This document shows positions 38,995 through 48,130 of a DNA stretch of 64,000 bases, piece by piece. Where the stretch lies: the NCBI GenBank assembly GCA_965262725.1, contig OZ253555.1:672001-736000 (forward strand), read 5' to 3'. The translations under genes and the position numbers were made by a program. Each line of letters starts with the position of its first letter. Positions within the stretch are counted from its first letter, which is position 1. The notes below the pieces were generated by a model. It did not search any database. It worked only from the letters and a program-made list of their open reading frames with translations, and had not been told where the DNA came from. This DNA comes from Dehalococcoidia bacterium. Lineage in GTDB: Bacteria > Chloroflexota > Dehalococcoidia > UBA2979.

Positions 38995-40810
38995 CCCCGC
39001 GGCACTCCTGCGGCGCCGGGATCGCGGCGCGGGCTCGTCCGGTGCGCATCGCTTCGCAGCGGGCGAGCGCTCCACCGCCGACCTGATCGCGCCCACGGCG
39101 ATCGAGGAGGCGCGAGACTGCCTCGCCATCGACGGGCGGCTCACGCGCGTGCTGGCGCTCACCGGCTACCCGCGCCACGTCGCCCCGAACTGGCTCGGGC
39201 GGCTCATCGACCAGGGCGAGCCGCTCGACCTCAGCCTGCACCTCGAGCCGCTGGACTCGGGGGACGCGGTGCGCGGCCTGACCCACCGCCTGGTGGAGCT
39301 CCAGTCATCGCGCCTGCTCGACGCCAGGGGCGGGCGCATCGCCTCCGCCGAGCGCGAGGTCGCCTACGAGGATGCCGAGCGGCTGCGCGACGCGCTGGAG
39401 CGCGGCGACGAGCGCGTCTTCTCGGGAAGCCTCTACGTCCGGGTGCACGGCCGCTCGGTTCAGGAGCTCGACCGGGCCGCGGCGCGCGTCCAGGGGACGC
39501 TCGCCGGGATGATGGCGGGAGTCCGGCCGGCTCTCTACGAGATGATGCCGGGCCTGCTCTCGTGCCTCCCGGCCGGGCAGGACCACCTGGGGCGCCGCCG
39601 CAACCTCGACACGTCGAGCGTGGCGACGATGATCCCCTTCACCTCGAGCGCTCTCTCCGCCGGCCGCGGGCTGCTCTACGGCGAGAGCGTCCACAACAGC
39701 TCGCTGGTGGTCTTCGACCCCTTCGGACCCGACCAGGAGAACGCCAACAAGGTCGTCTTCGCGAAGAGCGGGGCCGGTAAGTCCTACGCCTGCAAGGTGG
39801 AGGCGCTGCGGGCGCTGCTGCTCGGCGTCGAGTACTACGTGATCGACCCCGAGGACGAGTACGGCCGCATCTGCGAGGCGGTCGGCGGGCAGATGGTCCG
39901 CCTCTCCGGCGGCTCGCCCGTCCGCATCAACCCCTTCGACCTGCCACCGTGGGCGCCGGAGCCGGACCGGGCGGATCCCGACGCGCGCGATCCGCTCGCC
40001 GAGCGCGTCCTGGCGCTTCAGGGACTGCTCGCGCTGATGCTGGCGGGGCCCGGTCAATCGCTCGGGCAGCGCGAGCAGGGCGTGCTCGACCGGGCGCTCT
40101 ACGAGAGCTACCGGCGGGCCGGCATCACCGCCGACCCGGCGACGCACGACCGCCCTGCGCCGGTGCTGCGCGACCTGGTCCGGGTGCTGGCGGGCTCAGG
40201 CGATGAGCACGGGCTCGCCGGGCGCCTGGAGCGCTACGTCTCGGGCAGCCTCGGCCGCGTCTTCTCGGAGCGCACGACGGCCTCACTCGACCGCCCCTTC
40301 GTCGTCTTCAACGTGGAGGGCCTCGAGGAGGAGCTGCGCCCGCTCGCCACCTACCTCATCGCGGATCACATCTGGGGGCGGGTGACGCGCGACCCGAGAC
40401 CCCGCGTGCTCCTGATCGACGAGGCGTGGTCCCTGATGCGCTACCCCGAGGGGGCGCGCTTCCTGGCGCAGCTCGCGCGCCGGGCGCGCAAGCGCTGGCT
40501 CGGCCTCACGACGGTCACGCAGGACGTGGGGGACTTCCTGGCCTCGCCGGAGGGTCACACCGTGCTCGCCAACAGCTCGGTGCAGCTCCTGATGCGGCAG
40601 GACAGCTCCACGGCCGGGCTCGTCGCGGAGACCTTCGGGCTCTCGGCCGCGGAGCGGGAGTTCCTGCTCGCCTGCCGCAGGGGCGAGGGCCTCTTCCTGG
40701 CCCGCGGCAACCACATCGCGCTGCGCGTCGAGGCGAGCCCGCTCGAGCACGCGCTGGCGACGACAGACCCCGCGGAACGCGCTGCCGACAGGACGGAGGT
40801 GCAGCCATGA
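38987..40810 (+). CDS. virB4: VirB4-like conjugative ATPase
   Basis: AKSGAGKS Walker A, VIDPEDEY, INPFD, LLIDEAW, RRARK, TVTQDV.DF. Confidence 0.9.
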   Translation: MRSPAALLRRRDRGAGSSGAHRFAAGERSTADLIAPTAIEEARDCLAIDGRLTRVLALTGYPRHVAPNWLGRLIDQGEPLDLSLHLEPLDSGDAVRGLTHRLVELQSSRLLDARGGRIASAEREVAYEDAERLRDALERGDERVFSGSLYVRVHGRSVQELDRAAARVQGTLAGMMAGVRPALYEMMPGLLSCLPAGQDHLGRRRNLDTSSVATMIPFTSSALSAGRGLLYGESVHNSSLVVFDPFGPDQENANKVVFAKSGAGKSYACKVEALRALLLGVEYYVIDPEDEYGRICEAVGGQMVRLSGGSPVRINPFDLPPWAPEPDRADPDARDPLAERVLALQGLLALMLAGPGQSLGQREQGVLDRALYESYRRAGITADPATHDRPAPVLRDLVRVLAGSGDEHGLAGRLERYVSGSLGRVFSERTTASLDRPFVVFNVEGLEEELRPLATYLIADHIWGRVTRDPRPRVLLIDEAWSLMRYPEGARFLAQLARRARKRWLGLTTVTQDVGDFLASPEGHTVLANSSVQLLMRQDSSTAGLVAETFGLSAAEREFLLACRRGEGLFLARGNHIALRVEASPLEHALATTDPAERAADRTEVQP

Positions 40811-41871
40811 GCCACATCGACATCGATCAGCTGAAGCGCCGCAACCCGCTCGCCGACATCGTCCGGCGCCACGGGGTCGAGCTGCGCGGGCAGGGGAGGC
40901 GACTGACGGGGCGCTGCCCGTTCCACGAGGACCGGACCCCGAGCCTCTGCGTCTATCCCGAGACGGAGTCCTTCCACTGCTTCGGCTGCGGCGCCTCGGG
41001 CGACGTGATCGACTTCATACGCCGCACAGAGGGCCTGAGCTTCCGCGAGGCCGTCGTGCGGCTCGGAGGCGGAGCCGTGGGCGCCGCCGCCGGCAGGGCA
41101 CCCGCGCCCCCGGGGCAGGCCCGTCCGTCGCACGAGAGCGAGCAGGTCCCGGTGCTCTCGCTCGACGACCGGCTGATCCTCACGGCGGCCTGCGAGCTCT
41201 ACCACGAGACGCTGCTTGAGACGCCCGCGGCGCTGCGCTACCTGGATGAGCGGGGAGTGCAGCCCTGGGTCGCGAAGCGCTGCCGGCTCGGCACGAGCGA
41301 CGGCCGGAGGCTCGTGCCCTACCTGAAGCGGCGCCGGCTCAGCCTGAAGCGCGCCGGGGAGCTCGGCCTCCTCTTCGCTTCCGGCGACGAGGCGATGGCC
41401 GGCCGCCTCGTGATCCCGGAGCTGCGAGGCGCGCACTGCGGCTGGATGGTCGGGCGCGCCCCGGACGGCGCCGGAGGGCCGAAGTACCGCGGGCTCTCGC
41501 TCCCGAAGCCGTTGCTCGGTTACGAGCGCGGCAGGCGGCGCCTCTTCCTCACCGAGGGGCCGTTCGACTGGCTGACGCTCACGGGATGGGGGCTGCCGGC
41601 GTGCGCGCTGCTCGGGACGCAGCCCGGCCGGGGCGTGCTGCGGCTGCTCGAACGCGCTCGCTCGGTCGTGCTCGTGATGGACTCAGACGAGGCAGGCAGA
41701 GGCGCCGCGCAGCGGCTCTCCGCCGAGCTCGAAGGGCGCGCGCGGGTGCTCGAGCTGCCCGCGGGCGTCAAGGACGTGAGCGAGCTCGGCGCGCGTCCCG
41801 GCGGCCGCGACACCTTCTTCCGGCTGCTGGGCGCGGAGAGGAGGGACGCGGATGTCGCGATCACGCACTGA
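40807..41871 (+). CDS. CHC2 zinc finger/TOPRIM primase
   Basis: CPFHEDRTPS, FHCFGCGASGDV, TEGPFD, MDSDEAG, KDVSE. Confidence 0.9.
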   Translation: MSHIDIDQLKRRNPLADIVRRHGVELRGQGRRLTGRCPFHEDRTPSLCVYPETESFHCFGCGASGDVIDFIRRTEGLSFREAVVRLGGGAVGAAAGRAPAPPGQARPSHESEQVPVLSLDDRLILTAACELYHETLLETPAALRYLDERGVQPWVAKRCRLGTSDGRRLVPYLKRRRLSLKRAGELGLLFASGDEAMAGRLVIPELRGAHCGWMVGRAPDGAGGPKYRGLSLPKPLLGYERGRRRLFLTEGPFDWLTLTGWGLPACALLGTQPGRGVLRLLERARSVVLVMDSDEAGRGAAQRLSAELEGRARVLELPAGVKDVSELGARPGGRDTFFRLLGAERRDADVAITH

Positions 41872-44410
41872 ACTCTCGTACCTGGCAGAGGTCGTCGCGC
41901 CCCGCGATCTGGAGGCGAGCGTCGCCTCGGCGCGGGGGATGTTCGGCGCGCTGGCCGGCGAGTCGATCTCGCTCGAGATCGCGACGGGCGCGGCCGGCCC
42001 GCGCTGGTACGTGCGCTCCGGCACGGAATCGGGCCTCGATCGCGCGCTCGCGCAGCTGCGCGCGGCCTACCCGCAGGCCCGGGCCGAGCGCATCGCGCCG
42101 GACCGCGCCGACCTCGATCCGGTCCGCGTGCTGGGGGCGGAGCAGGCCGCAGTGGTCGAGCTGAGGCCCTCCGCCGGGAACATCCTCTCGCTCCGCAGCG
42201 ACTGGCGGAACGAGCCCTCACCGCTGACCGGGGTGCTGGCGCGGGCGGCGCCGCGGGGAGACGAGCGGGTCGTCTGCCGGCTGACACTCGGCCCGGCGCC
42301 GGCCGGAGCCGCGGGCCGCATCCACCGCCGGGCGGCGCCCGCCGGCGCGCCGCGGCGCGAACCTGCCGGAGACACGGGGCCGAGCCCGGTCCCGCTCGTC
42401 GGGGCGCTCGCGATCGCCGCGGCGGGCCTGCTGGGACGACAGTGGTACCTCGATGGGGAGTGGCCGCTGCTGCTCGCGGGCGGCATCGGCGCCTTCGTCG
42501 GGCTGCCGCTCGCGGGAGCGCTCGCCATGCGCATGCTGCGCTCCCCCGAACCGCTCCCGCCGAGGGTGGTGGAGCAGAAGCTCGGCTCGCCCCTGGTGAG
42601 CGCGAGCCTCGAGGTCCACGCGATCGGCTGGCATGACTCGGGCCCCGAGCGCCTGCGCCTGCTCGCTCGTGAGACCGCGGCGGCCTACGGCGCCTACGAC
42701 TCGGCGGGCGGGGGACTGCGCCCCGCGGCTCCGCACGCGCCGCGCCGCAGGCCGGACCGGAAGCTGCCGCTCCTTCTGAACACCGCCGAGCTCGCCGGCC
42801 TCTGGCACCTGCCCGACCAGGCGGGCGCCCCGGCCGGGATCCGCCGTACCACCGCGCAGCGGCTCCCGCCGGCGCCCGGCCACGCGGCGCGCGGCGCGCG
42901 CGTCGGCACCTCAGATGCGGACGGCGGCGACGCTCCCGTCCACCTCCCCGCGCCGCTCCTGCACCGCAACCAGCTGATCGTGGCGAAGACGCGGCGCGGC
43001 AAGTCGACGCTGCTCAGGCACCTCGCGGCCCGCGTGATGGAGGGGGCAGGCGGGGGATCGGACGGGACGGCGCTGGTGGTGGTCGACCCCCACCAGGACC
43101 TCGCCGAGGCGGTGCTGGACGCCGTGCCGCCGGAACTCGCGGACCGCACGACTTACCTCGACTTCGCAAACCTGGAGCGTCCGGTCGGCCTCAACCTGCT
43201 CGACGTCTCGCTCTTCCCGGACCGCGACCGGACGACCGAGCACATCGTCACGATGATGAACCGCCTCTGGCCGGCCAACTGGGGGCCGCGCATGGAGGGA
43301 GCGCTGCGGGCCTCGCTGCTCGCGCTGCTCGACGCGAACCGCCACTACGAGCGGGAGGCGCAGTTCACGCTGCTCGACGTCGCGCCGATGCTCACCGACC
43401 GGGAGCTGCGCGAGCGCGTGCTCGACCAGGTGCAGGATCCGGCGGTGCGCGCCTGGTGGCGGGACAACTACGACCGCGCGGGGCGCGTGCTGCAGCAGCA
43501 GACCGCGAACCCCGTCACCTCGAAGATCGGCCGCTTCACGGTCACGGAGGCATCGCGCCTGGTCTTCGGGCAGGCGCGCTCCACCTTCGATCCGCGCGCG
43601 ATCGTGCGCGACGGCGGCGTGCTCGTCGTCAACACCGCCGTCGGCGCGCTCGGCGAGGGCGCCGCCTCGCTCGTGGGGGCGACGCTGCTCAACCTGCTCG
43701 GTCTCCTGATCGAGGAGCAGGTGGCGCTGCCGCCTCAGCACCGGCGGAAGGTGATCGGGCTCATCGACGAGTCGAGCACGCTCGGCGCCGTCGACTACAC
43801 GCGCATGCTCTCCGAGCTCGGCAAGTACGGCGCGAGCTTCGTGCTGGTGACGCAGTCGCTCGCCAAGCTCGACGCCATCGACCGCAACCTCGCCCCGACG
43901 ATCTTCGCCAACTCCGACGGCCTCACCGTCTTCGGGGTCAGCGCCGAGGACGCCCGCCGGCTCACGCCGGAGCTGGGAGGCGGGATCGAGGTCCCCGACC
44001 TGGTCTCGCTCGACGACTTCACCTGCTACGCGCGCTGGTGGGACGGCCGCGCCCGCCCGCCCGCGTTCTCGTTCCGGGTCGACCCGCCGCCGCCGACCGT
44101 CCCGGGTCGGGCCCGGGCGATCGCGGCGCGCTCCGCCGAGCGCGTCGGCAGGCCGCGCGAGCAGGTGGTCGAGGAGATCACGCAGGCGCTCTCGGAGCAC
44201 TCGCCGTCGAGGTCGTCGGACCGCCGCGGGCGGAAGTCCCAGGAGGAAGTGGCGGAGGCAGGGCAGGGGAGTGCCGCGGGAGCGGGTGACGACCTCGGAA
44301 CCCCGACGGGCAGGGCGGAGCGGCGCGAGAGTCCGGGGACCGCAGGACGGTCGTCCCGCGGCAACGACCACCGCGGCCGCGGCCCCCACCCCCGGGGGCG
44401 CCATGCGTGA
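41852..44410 (+). CDS. VirD4/TraD-like type IV coupling ATPase
   Basis: Two TMs; AKTRRGKST Walker A variant; VVDPHQDL; LIDES; LVTQSL; FGVSAEDA. Confidence 0.85.
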   Translation: MSRSRTELSYLAEVVAPRDLEASVASARGMFGALAGESISLEIATGAAGPRWYVRSGTESGLDRALAQLRAAYPQARAERIAPDRADLDPVRVLGAEQAAVVELRPSAGNILSLRSDWRNEPSPLTGVLARAAPRGDERVVCRLTLGPAPAGAAGRIHRRAAPAGAPRREPAGDTGPSPVPLVGALAIAAAGLLGRQWYLDGEWPLLLAGGIGAFVGLPLAGALAMRMLRSPEPLPPRVVEQKLGSPLVSASLEVHAIGWHDSGPERLRLLARETAAAYGAYDSAGGGLRPAAPHAPRRRPDRKLPLLLNTAELAGLWHLPDQAGAPAGIRRTTAQRLPPAPGHAARGARVGTSDADGGDAPVHLPAPLLHRNQLIVAKTRRGKSTLLRHLAARVMEGAGGGSDGTALVVVDPHQDLAEAVLDAVPPELADRTTYLDFANLERPVGLNLLDVSLFPDRDRTTEHIVTMMNRLWPANWGPRMEGALRASLLALLDANRHYEREAQFTLLDVAPMLTDRELRERVLDQVQDPAVRAWWRDNYDRAGRVLQQQTANPVTSKIGRFTVTEASRLVFGQARSTFDPRAIVRDGGVLVVNTAVGALGEGAASLVGATLLNLLGLLIEEQVALPPQHRRKVIGLIDESSTLGAVDYTRMLSELGKYGASFVLVTQSLAKLDAIDRNLAPTIFANSDGLTVFGVSAEDARRLTPELGGGIEVPDLVSLDDFTCYARWWDGRARPPAFSFRVDPPPPTVPGRARAIAARSAERVGRPREQVVEEITQALSEHSPSRSSDRRGRKSQEEVAEAGQGSAAGAGDDLGTPTGRAERRESPGTAGRSSRGNDHRGRGPHPRGRHA

Positions 44411-46325
44411 CGAACCGGCGCGTCTCGCACGGGCCCTGGAGTGGATCGCCCGGCTCCCGCTCTGCGGCGAGCCGGAGCTGGCCCGGCTGCTCGGCGTGGA
44501 TGAGCACGACGCCCGCCGGCTCATCCACCTGCTTTCCGCGCAGGGATGGGTCGAGACCGTCGCGGCAGCCTCGCCGGAGCTGGAACCGCGGCGACTCGCC
44601 GTCCTGCGGGACGAGGCGGTGCCGGCCCTGGCGACCGCGTGCGGACGGGATCTCGCCTCGCTCGCGGGCGCCGTCCCGGTCCGCCCGCGCGATCTCTCAA
44701 GCCGGGTGGCCCGCCTCGAGATCACCGCCTGCGTGAATCGCTTCCTGGCCGACCTCGCCGACGATCTGGAGAGCTCCGGTATCGCCGAGCTCGCCGACGC
44801 GCGGTCGCTCCCGCTCGCCCTGCCTCCGGCCGAGCGCTGGTGGCTCCCGGACATCGAGGGCTACGGCTGCCTGCGCTCGGGTCCGATCCACGCGCCCTTC
44901 CTCGTGGCGTGGGACCGCGCGGCGGCGCCGGACGTCCATCGCCGCAGGCGGCTGGCCGGGTGGTTCGCGGCGAGCGCCCGTGTCGACAGGCGGTGGGGCA
45001 CCGAAGGGCTCCCGCCCGTGCTCGTGATCTGCCCGTCGCCCCGGGAGCGGCGGGTGTGGGAGGACGCACTCGCGAAGCGGGACGGGGCAGGCTCCGGGTG
45101 TCTCGACCTGCTCCTCACCACCCGCGAGGAGCTGCACGCAGCCGGCGCGGGCGATGCGCGGTGGTCGCGGCCCGGCCGCGCGCCGGCGCCGCTCGTCGAG
45201 CAGGTCGGATGGGGGGAGGCACCGGTCCTGGGCGCCGTCCCGATCGAACGGCCGCTCGACGACTGCCGGCCGCCGGCCCGCCGCGACGGAACATCGCTTG
45301 GCAGGCGTGCGTTCGATCAGGCGACGAGCGGGCAGGTGGGGCCGGACCGGCAACGTCTTGCCCGCCTCGCGCGCGCGACCAGCCCGGCTGAGAAGACCCT
45401 CATCGAGTGGGTGGCGCGGCATCCGCTCCTCACCGCCGCCGATCTCGCGGCGCTCACGAGCGAACCGGCGGGACTGATCAGGCGCCGACTGGAGCGGCTC
45501 ACGAGCTGCGGCGCGATCGGTGCGGACGCGGAATCCGTGGAGACGGGGAGGAACTCCCGTATGAACAGAGCCGACGACCTCGAGTCGCGGTACCTGCTGA
45601 CCGAGCTGGGAATGCGTTGGCTCGCCGCTCGGGCCGGCGTGCCTCCGGCCATCTTCGCCAACCACGGGGGAGTCACGTTCGCCTCCGGGGAGCGGACATC
45701 CTCCCGGCGAGTGGTCCGGCACCGCGAGCACACGCTCGGCGTGAACCGGTTCGCCGCTCGTCTGGCCCTAGATGCCAGGGCCGCCGGCTGGCGCCTCGCG
45801 GAGTGGCGAAACGAGGCGGAGTCGACGCACCGCTTCGTGGCGGAGGACGGGCGGATCGCCTGGGTCCGCCCAGACGCTTCGGGTGTGCTCGTGCGCGGCG
45901 CGGAGGCGCGACCGTTCCTCCTTGAGTACGACCGCGGAACGCTCGACTCGGGCGATTACCGCGCGAAGTTCGAGGGGTACCGGCGCTATTACGCCGCCGG
46001 GGAGTGGGGGGACCACTTCCCCCGCGAGCCCGCCTTGCTCTTCGTGTGCAGCGATCGCCGCGCGGAGCACCGCGTCGGGCGAGCGGTGAACGAGTGGACG
46101 GGCCAGGCGCGCGTGCTCGTGGCCGCTGAATGGGGGATCGAGCCGCGGGGCGGTACCAGCGTGGCCCGCTTGCTCGCGTCTGGCGGCCGATCAGGCGAAG
46201 GAGGGAACGACCTGGAAGACCAGCGAGGCTCGCTGAAGACGGGCCGGCTCCGGCCGCGGTCCGGCGACACACAACTGCATGGCTTGGCGCCGCGCGCGAG
46301 GCCGCTCACCGGGGGTGACAGGTGA
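44403..46325 (+). CDS. Replication-relaxation (Replic_Relax-like) protein with duplicated domain
   Basis: C-domain HREHTLGVNRF..RPDA.G..FLLEYDRGT..KF..Y; degenerate N-terminal copy VNRFL..LPD..G..FLVAWDR. Confidence 0.75.
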   Translation: MRDEPARLARALEWIARLPLCGEPELARLLGVDEHDARRLIHLLSAQGWVETVAAASPELEPRRLAVLRDEAVPALATACGRDLASLAGAVPVRPRDLSSRVARLEITACVNRFLADLADDLESSGIAELADARSLPLALPPAERWWLPDIEGYGCLRSGPIHAPFLVAWDRAAAPDVHRRRRLAGWFAASARVDRRWGTEGLPPVLVICPSPRERRVWEDALAKRDGAGSGCLDLLLTTREELHAAGAGDARWSRPGRAPAPLVEQVGWGEAPVLGAVPIERPLDDCRPPARRDGTSLGRRAFDQATSGQVGPDRQRLARLARATSPAEKTLIEWVARHPLLTAADLAALTSEPAGLIRRRLERLTSCGAIGADAESVETGRNSRMNRADDLESRYLLTELGMRWLAARAGVPPAIFANHGGVTFASGERTSSRRVVRHREHTLGVNRFAARLALDARAAGWRLAEWRNEAESTHRFVAEDGRIAWVRPDASGVLVRGAEARPFLLEYDRGTLDSGDYRAKFEGYRRYYAAGEWGDHFPREPALLFVCSDRRAEHRVGRAVNEWTGQARVLVAAEWGIEPRGGTSVARLLASGGRSGEGGNDLEDQRGSLKTGRLRPRSGDTQLHGLAPRARPLTGGDR

Positions 46326-46504
46326 ACGACGACTCACTGCTGCTGACAGTCCCCGAGACCGCGAAGCTGCTTCGGATCTCGCGCAACCTCGCCTATGAAC
46401 TGGTGGCGCGGGGAGAGCTGCCGGCCGTTCGGTTGGGAAGGGTGATCCGGATACCCCGGGACGAGCTTAGAGCCCGGATCAAGGCGAAGGCCAGCGACGA
46501 CTGA
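46322..46504 (+). CDS. xis: Excisionase-like HTH_17 protein
   Basis: LLTVPETAKLLRISRNLAYELVARGELPAVRLGRVIRIP. Confidence 0.9.
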   Translation: MNDDSLLLTVPETAKLLRISRNLAYELVARGELPAVRLGRVIRIPRDELRARIKAKASDD

Positions 46505-46610
46505 ACAAGGCCGGGTAACAGCACTAACGTTCGGATAGAATGGATGTTCTGACCGGGGGACTCGTGGTTGGAGCGGACACGACCGGCCGGTCGCGCCGAG
46601 GAAGCGGGAG

Positions 46611-47753
46611 ATGATGACTGGTCACATAGAGCGCCGCGGGAAGGGCAGTTGGCGGATCACCGTGGAACTGGCACCTGATCCCGTCATTCACCGGCGCCGC
46701 AAGCGCACGTTCACGATTCGCGGGACGAAGAAGGAGGCGGGGCGTGCGCTGACCGAGGCGCTGAGGCTGCGGGACCAGGGGATCGACATTGCGCCGAGCC
46801 GCATCACCGTCGCGGAGTACCTCGAACGCTGGCTGAGCGACTACGCCGAGCCGAACGTCGCACCATCGACGCTCCAGCGCTACCAGCAGATATGCAGGCG
46901 GCTCGCTGAACACCTCGGCGCGCTGAGACTACAGGCCCTGCGGCCGGCACACATCCAGACGACGTACTCGCGGCTCCGGGAGCACGCCCTGGCTCCCCGC
47001 ACCATCCTCCACCACCATCGCGTCCTGAAGGAGGCCCTGCGCCACGCGGTCGGCTGGCAGCTTCTTGAACGTAGTCCGGCGGATGCCGTGTCGGCGCCTC
47101 GTCCCGAGCGGACGGAGATGCGGGCGCTCGACGCGGATGAGGTCGAGCGGCTGGTGAATGCCTGCGAAGACGACGACCTGCGCCGTCTGGTCTTTGTTGC
47201 GGTGTCGACGGGTCTCCGGCTCGGTGAGCTGCTCGGTCTGCGGTGGGCAGACCTCGATCTGGAGGCGGGAACGGCAGCCGTTCGGCGGACTTCCCAGTAC
47301 CTGGGACCGGACGGGGTGAAGCTGCGGACACCCAAGACGGCGCGGAGCCGGCGCACGATCTCGCTGTCGCCGTCGACGGTTGTCGTGCTCCGTGAGCACA
47401 GGGTTGCGCAGAACGAGCGACGGCTGCGCATGGGACCTTCATACGGGGACCATGGGGTCGTCTTTGCTGCGGACGATGGCCGGCTAGTGGCGCCCTACTC
47501 CGCGTCCGCCGAGTTCCGGAAGGTCGTGCGGAGGCTCGGACTCACCGGCTTCCGCTTCCACGATCTGCGACACACGTCGGCAACGCTGGCGCTGCAGGCC
47601 GGCGTGCCCGCGAAGGTCGTCTCAGAACGCCTCGGGCATGCGAGCGTTGCGTTCACGCTCGATACGTACGCGCACGTCCTTCCCGATCAGCAGCGCCAGG
47701 CTGCGGATCTGATGGACTCGCTGCTGCCCGTACCTCGCAGAAGCGCCCGTTAG
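46611..47753 (+). CDS. int: Tyrosine integrase (ICE/prophage type)
   Basis: TGLRLGELLGLRW, PKT, FHDLRH, SERLGH, TLDTYAHV; complete catalytic set. Confidence 0.95.
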   Translation: MMTGHIERRGKGSWRITVELAPDPVIHRRRKRTFTIRGTKKEAGRALTEALRLRDQGIDIAPSRITVAEYLERWLSDYAEPNVAPSTLQRYQQICRRLAEHLGALRLQALRPAHIQTTYSRLREHALAPRTILHHHRVLKEALRHAVGWQLLERSPADAVSAPRPERTEMRALDADEVERLVNACEDDDLRRLVFVAVSTGLRLGELLGLRWADLDLEAGTAAVRRTSQYLGPDGVKLRTPKTARSRRTISLSPSTVVVLREHRVAQNERRLRMGPSYGDHGVVFAADDGRLVAPYSASAEFRKVVRRLGLTGFRFHDLRHTSATLALQAGVPAKVVSERLGHASVAFTLDTYAHVLPDQQRQAADLMDSLLPVPRRSAR

Positions 47754-48130
47754 CGCACTCACCGACCATGGCCTAGGCTGCGCGATCGGCGGTGTCGAGG
47801 CCGGCGCCGTGAGCCACGCGCCTTGGTAGCGATCGGCATCTTTTGGGCGGAACTCGGGGGGTGGCCGCTCTGGGAATGGGCGTCTGTCGTGCCCGTCTGT
47901 CCTGCCTCATTTCGTTCCGTGGTGACCGGTTTGACGCCAAAGATCCTCCGGTGCTCAAGCGCTACCTTGCGCGCGAGGTCCATCGCTGGCGTCGGCGCCA
48001 TCGTCGATCCGCCTGGGCGATGCGGACGCACGCCCGAGTCGATCGCGGCGATGAGGTTTCGGCGTAGCAGGACATACTTTTATGGGACCATTGTGGTCCA
48101 TGTGCTGACGCGATGTGCTATTATGGTCTC

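Larger units (their letters stand above)
35167..47753 (+). mobile_element. Integrative conjugative element core (monoderm-type T4SS, primase, relaxase-like protein, xis, int)
   Basis: Co-oriented, mostly overlapping genes listed below; att sites not identified. Confidence 0.8.

Noticed and set aside
42911-44854. Large antisense ORFs (e.g. 42911-44854, 57820-59832, 7074-8405)
   Set aside because: They overlap well-supported genes on the opposite strand, as expected in high-GC DNA.
47754-48080. attR/tRNA next to the integrase
   Set aside because: No tRNA fragment or direct repeat was recognised; only a tiny frameshifted IS110-like remnant (LKRYLAREV, ~47940-47990).
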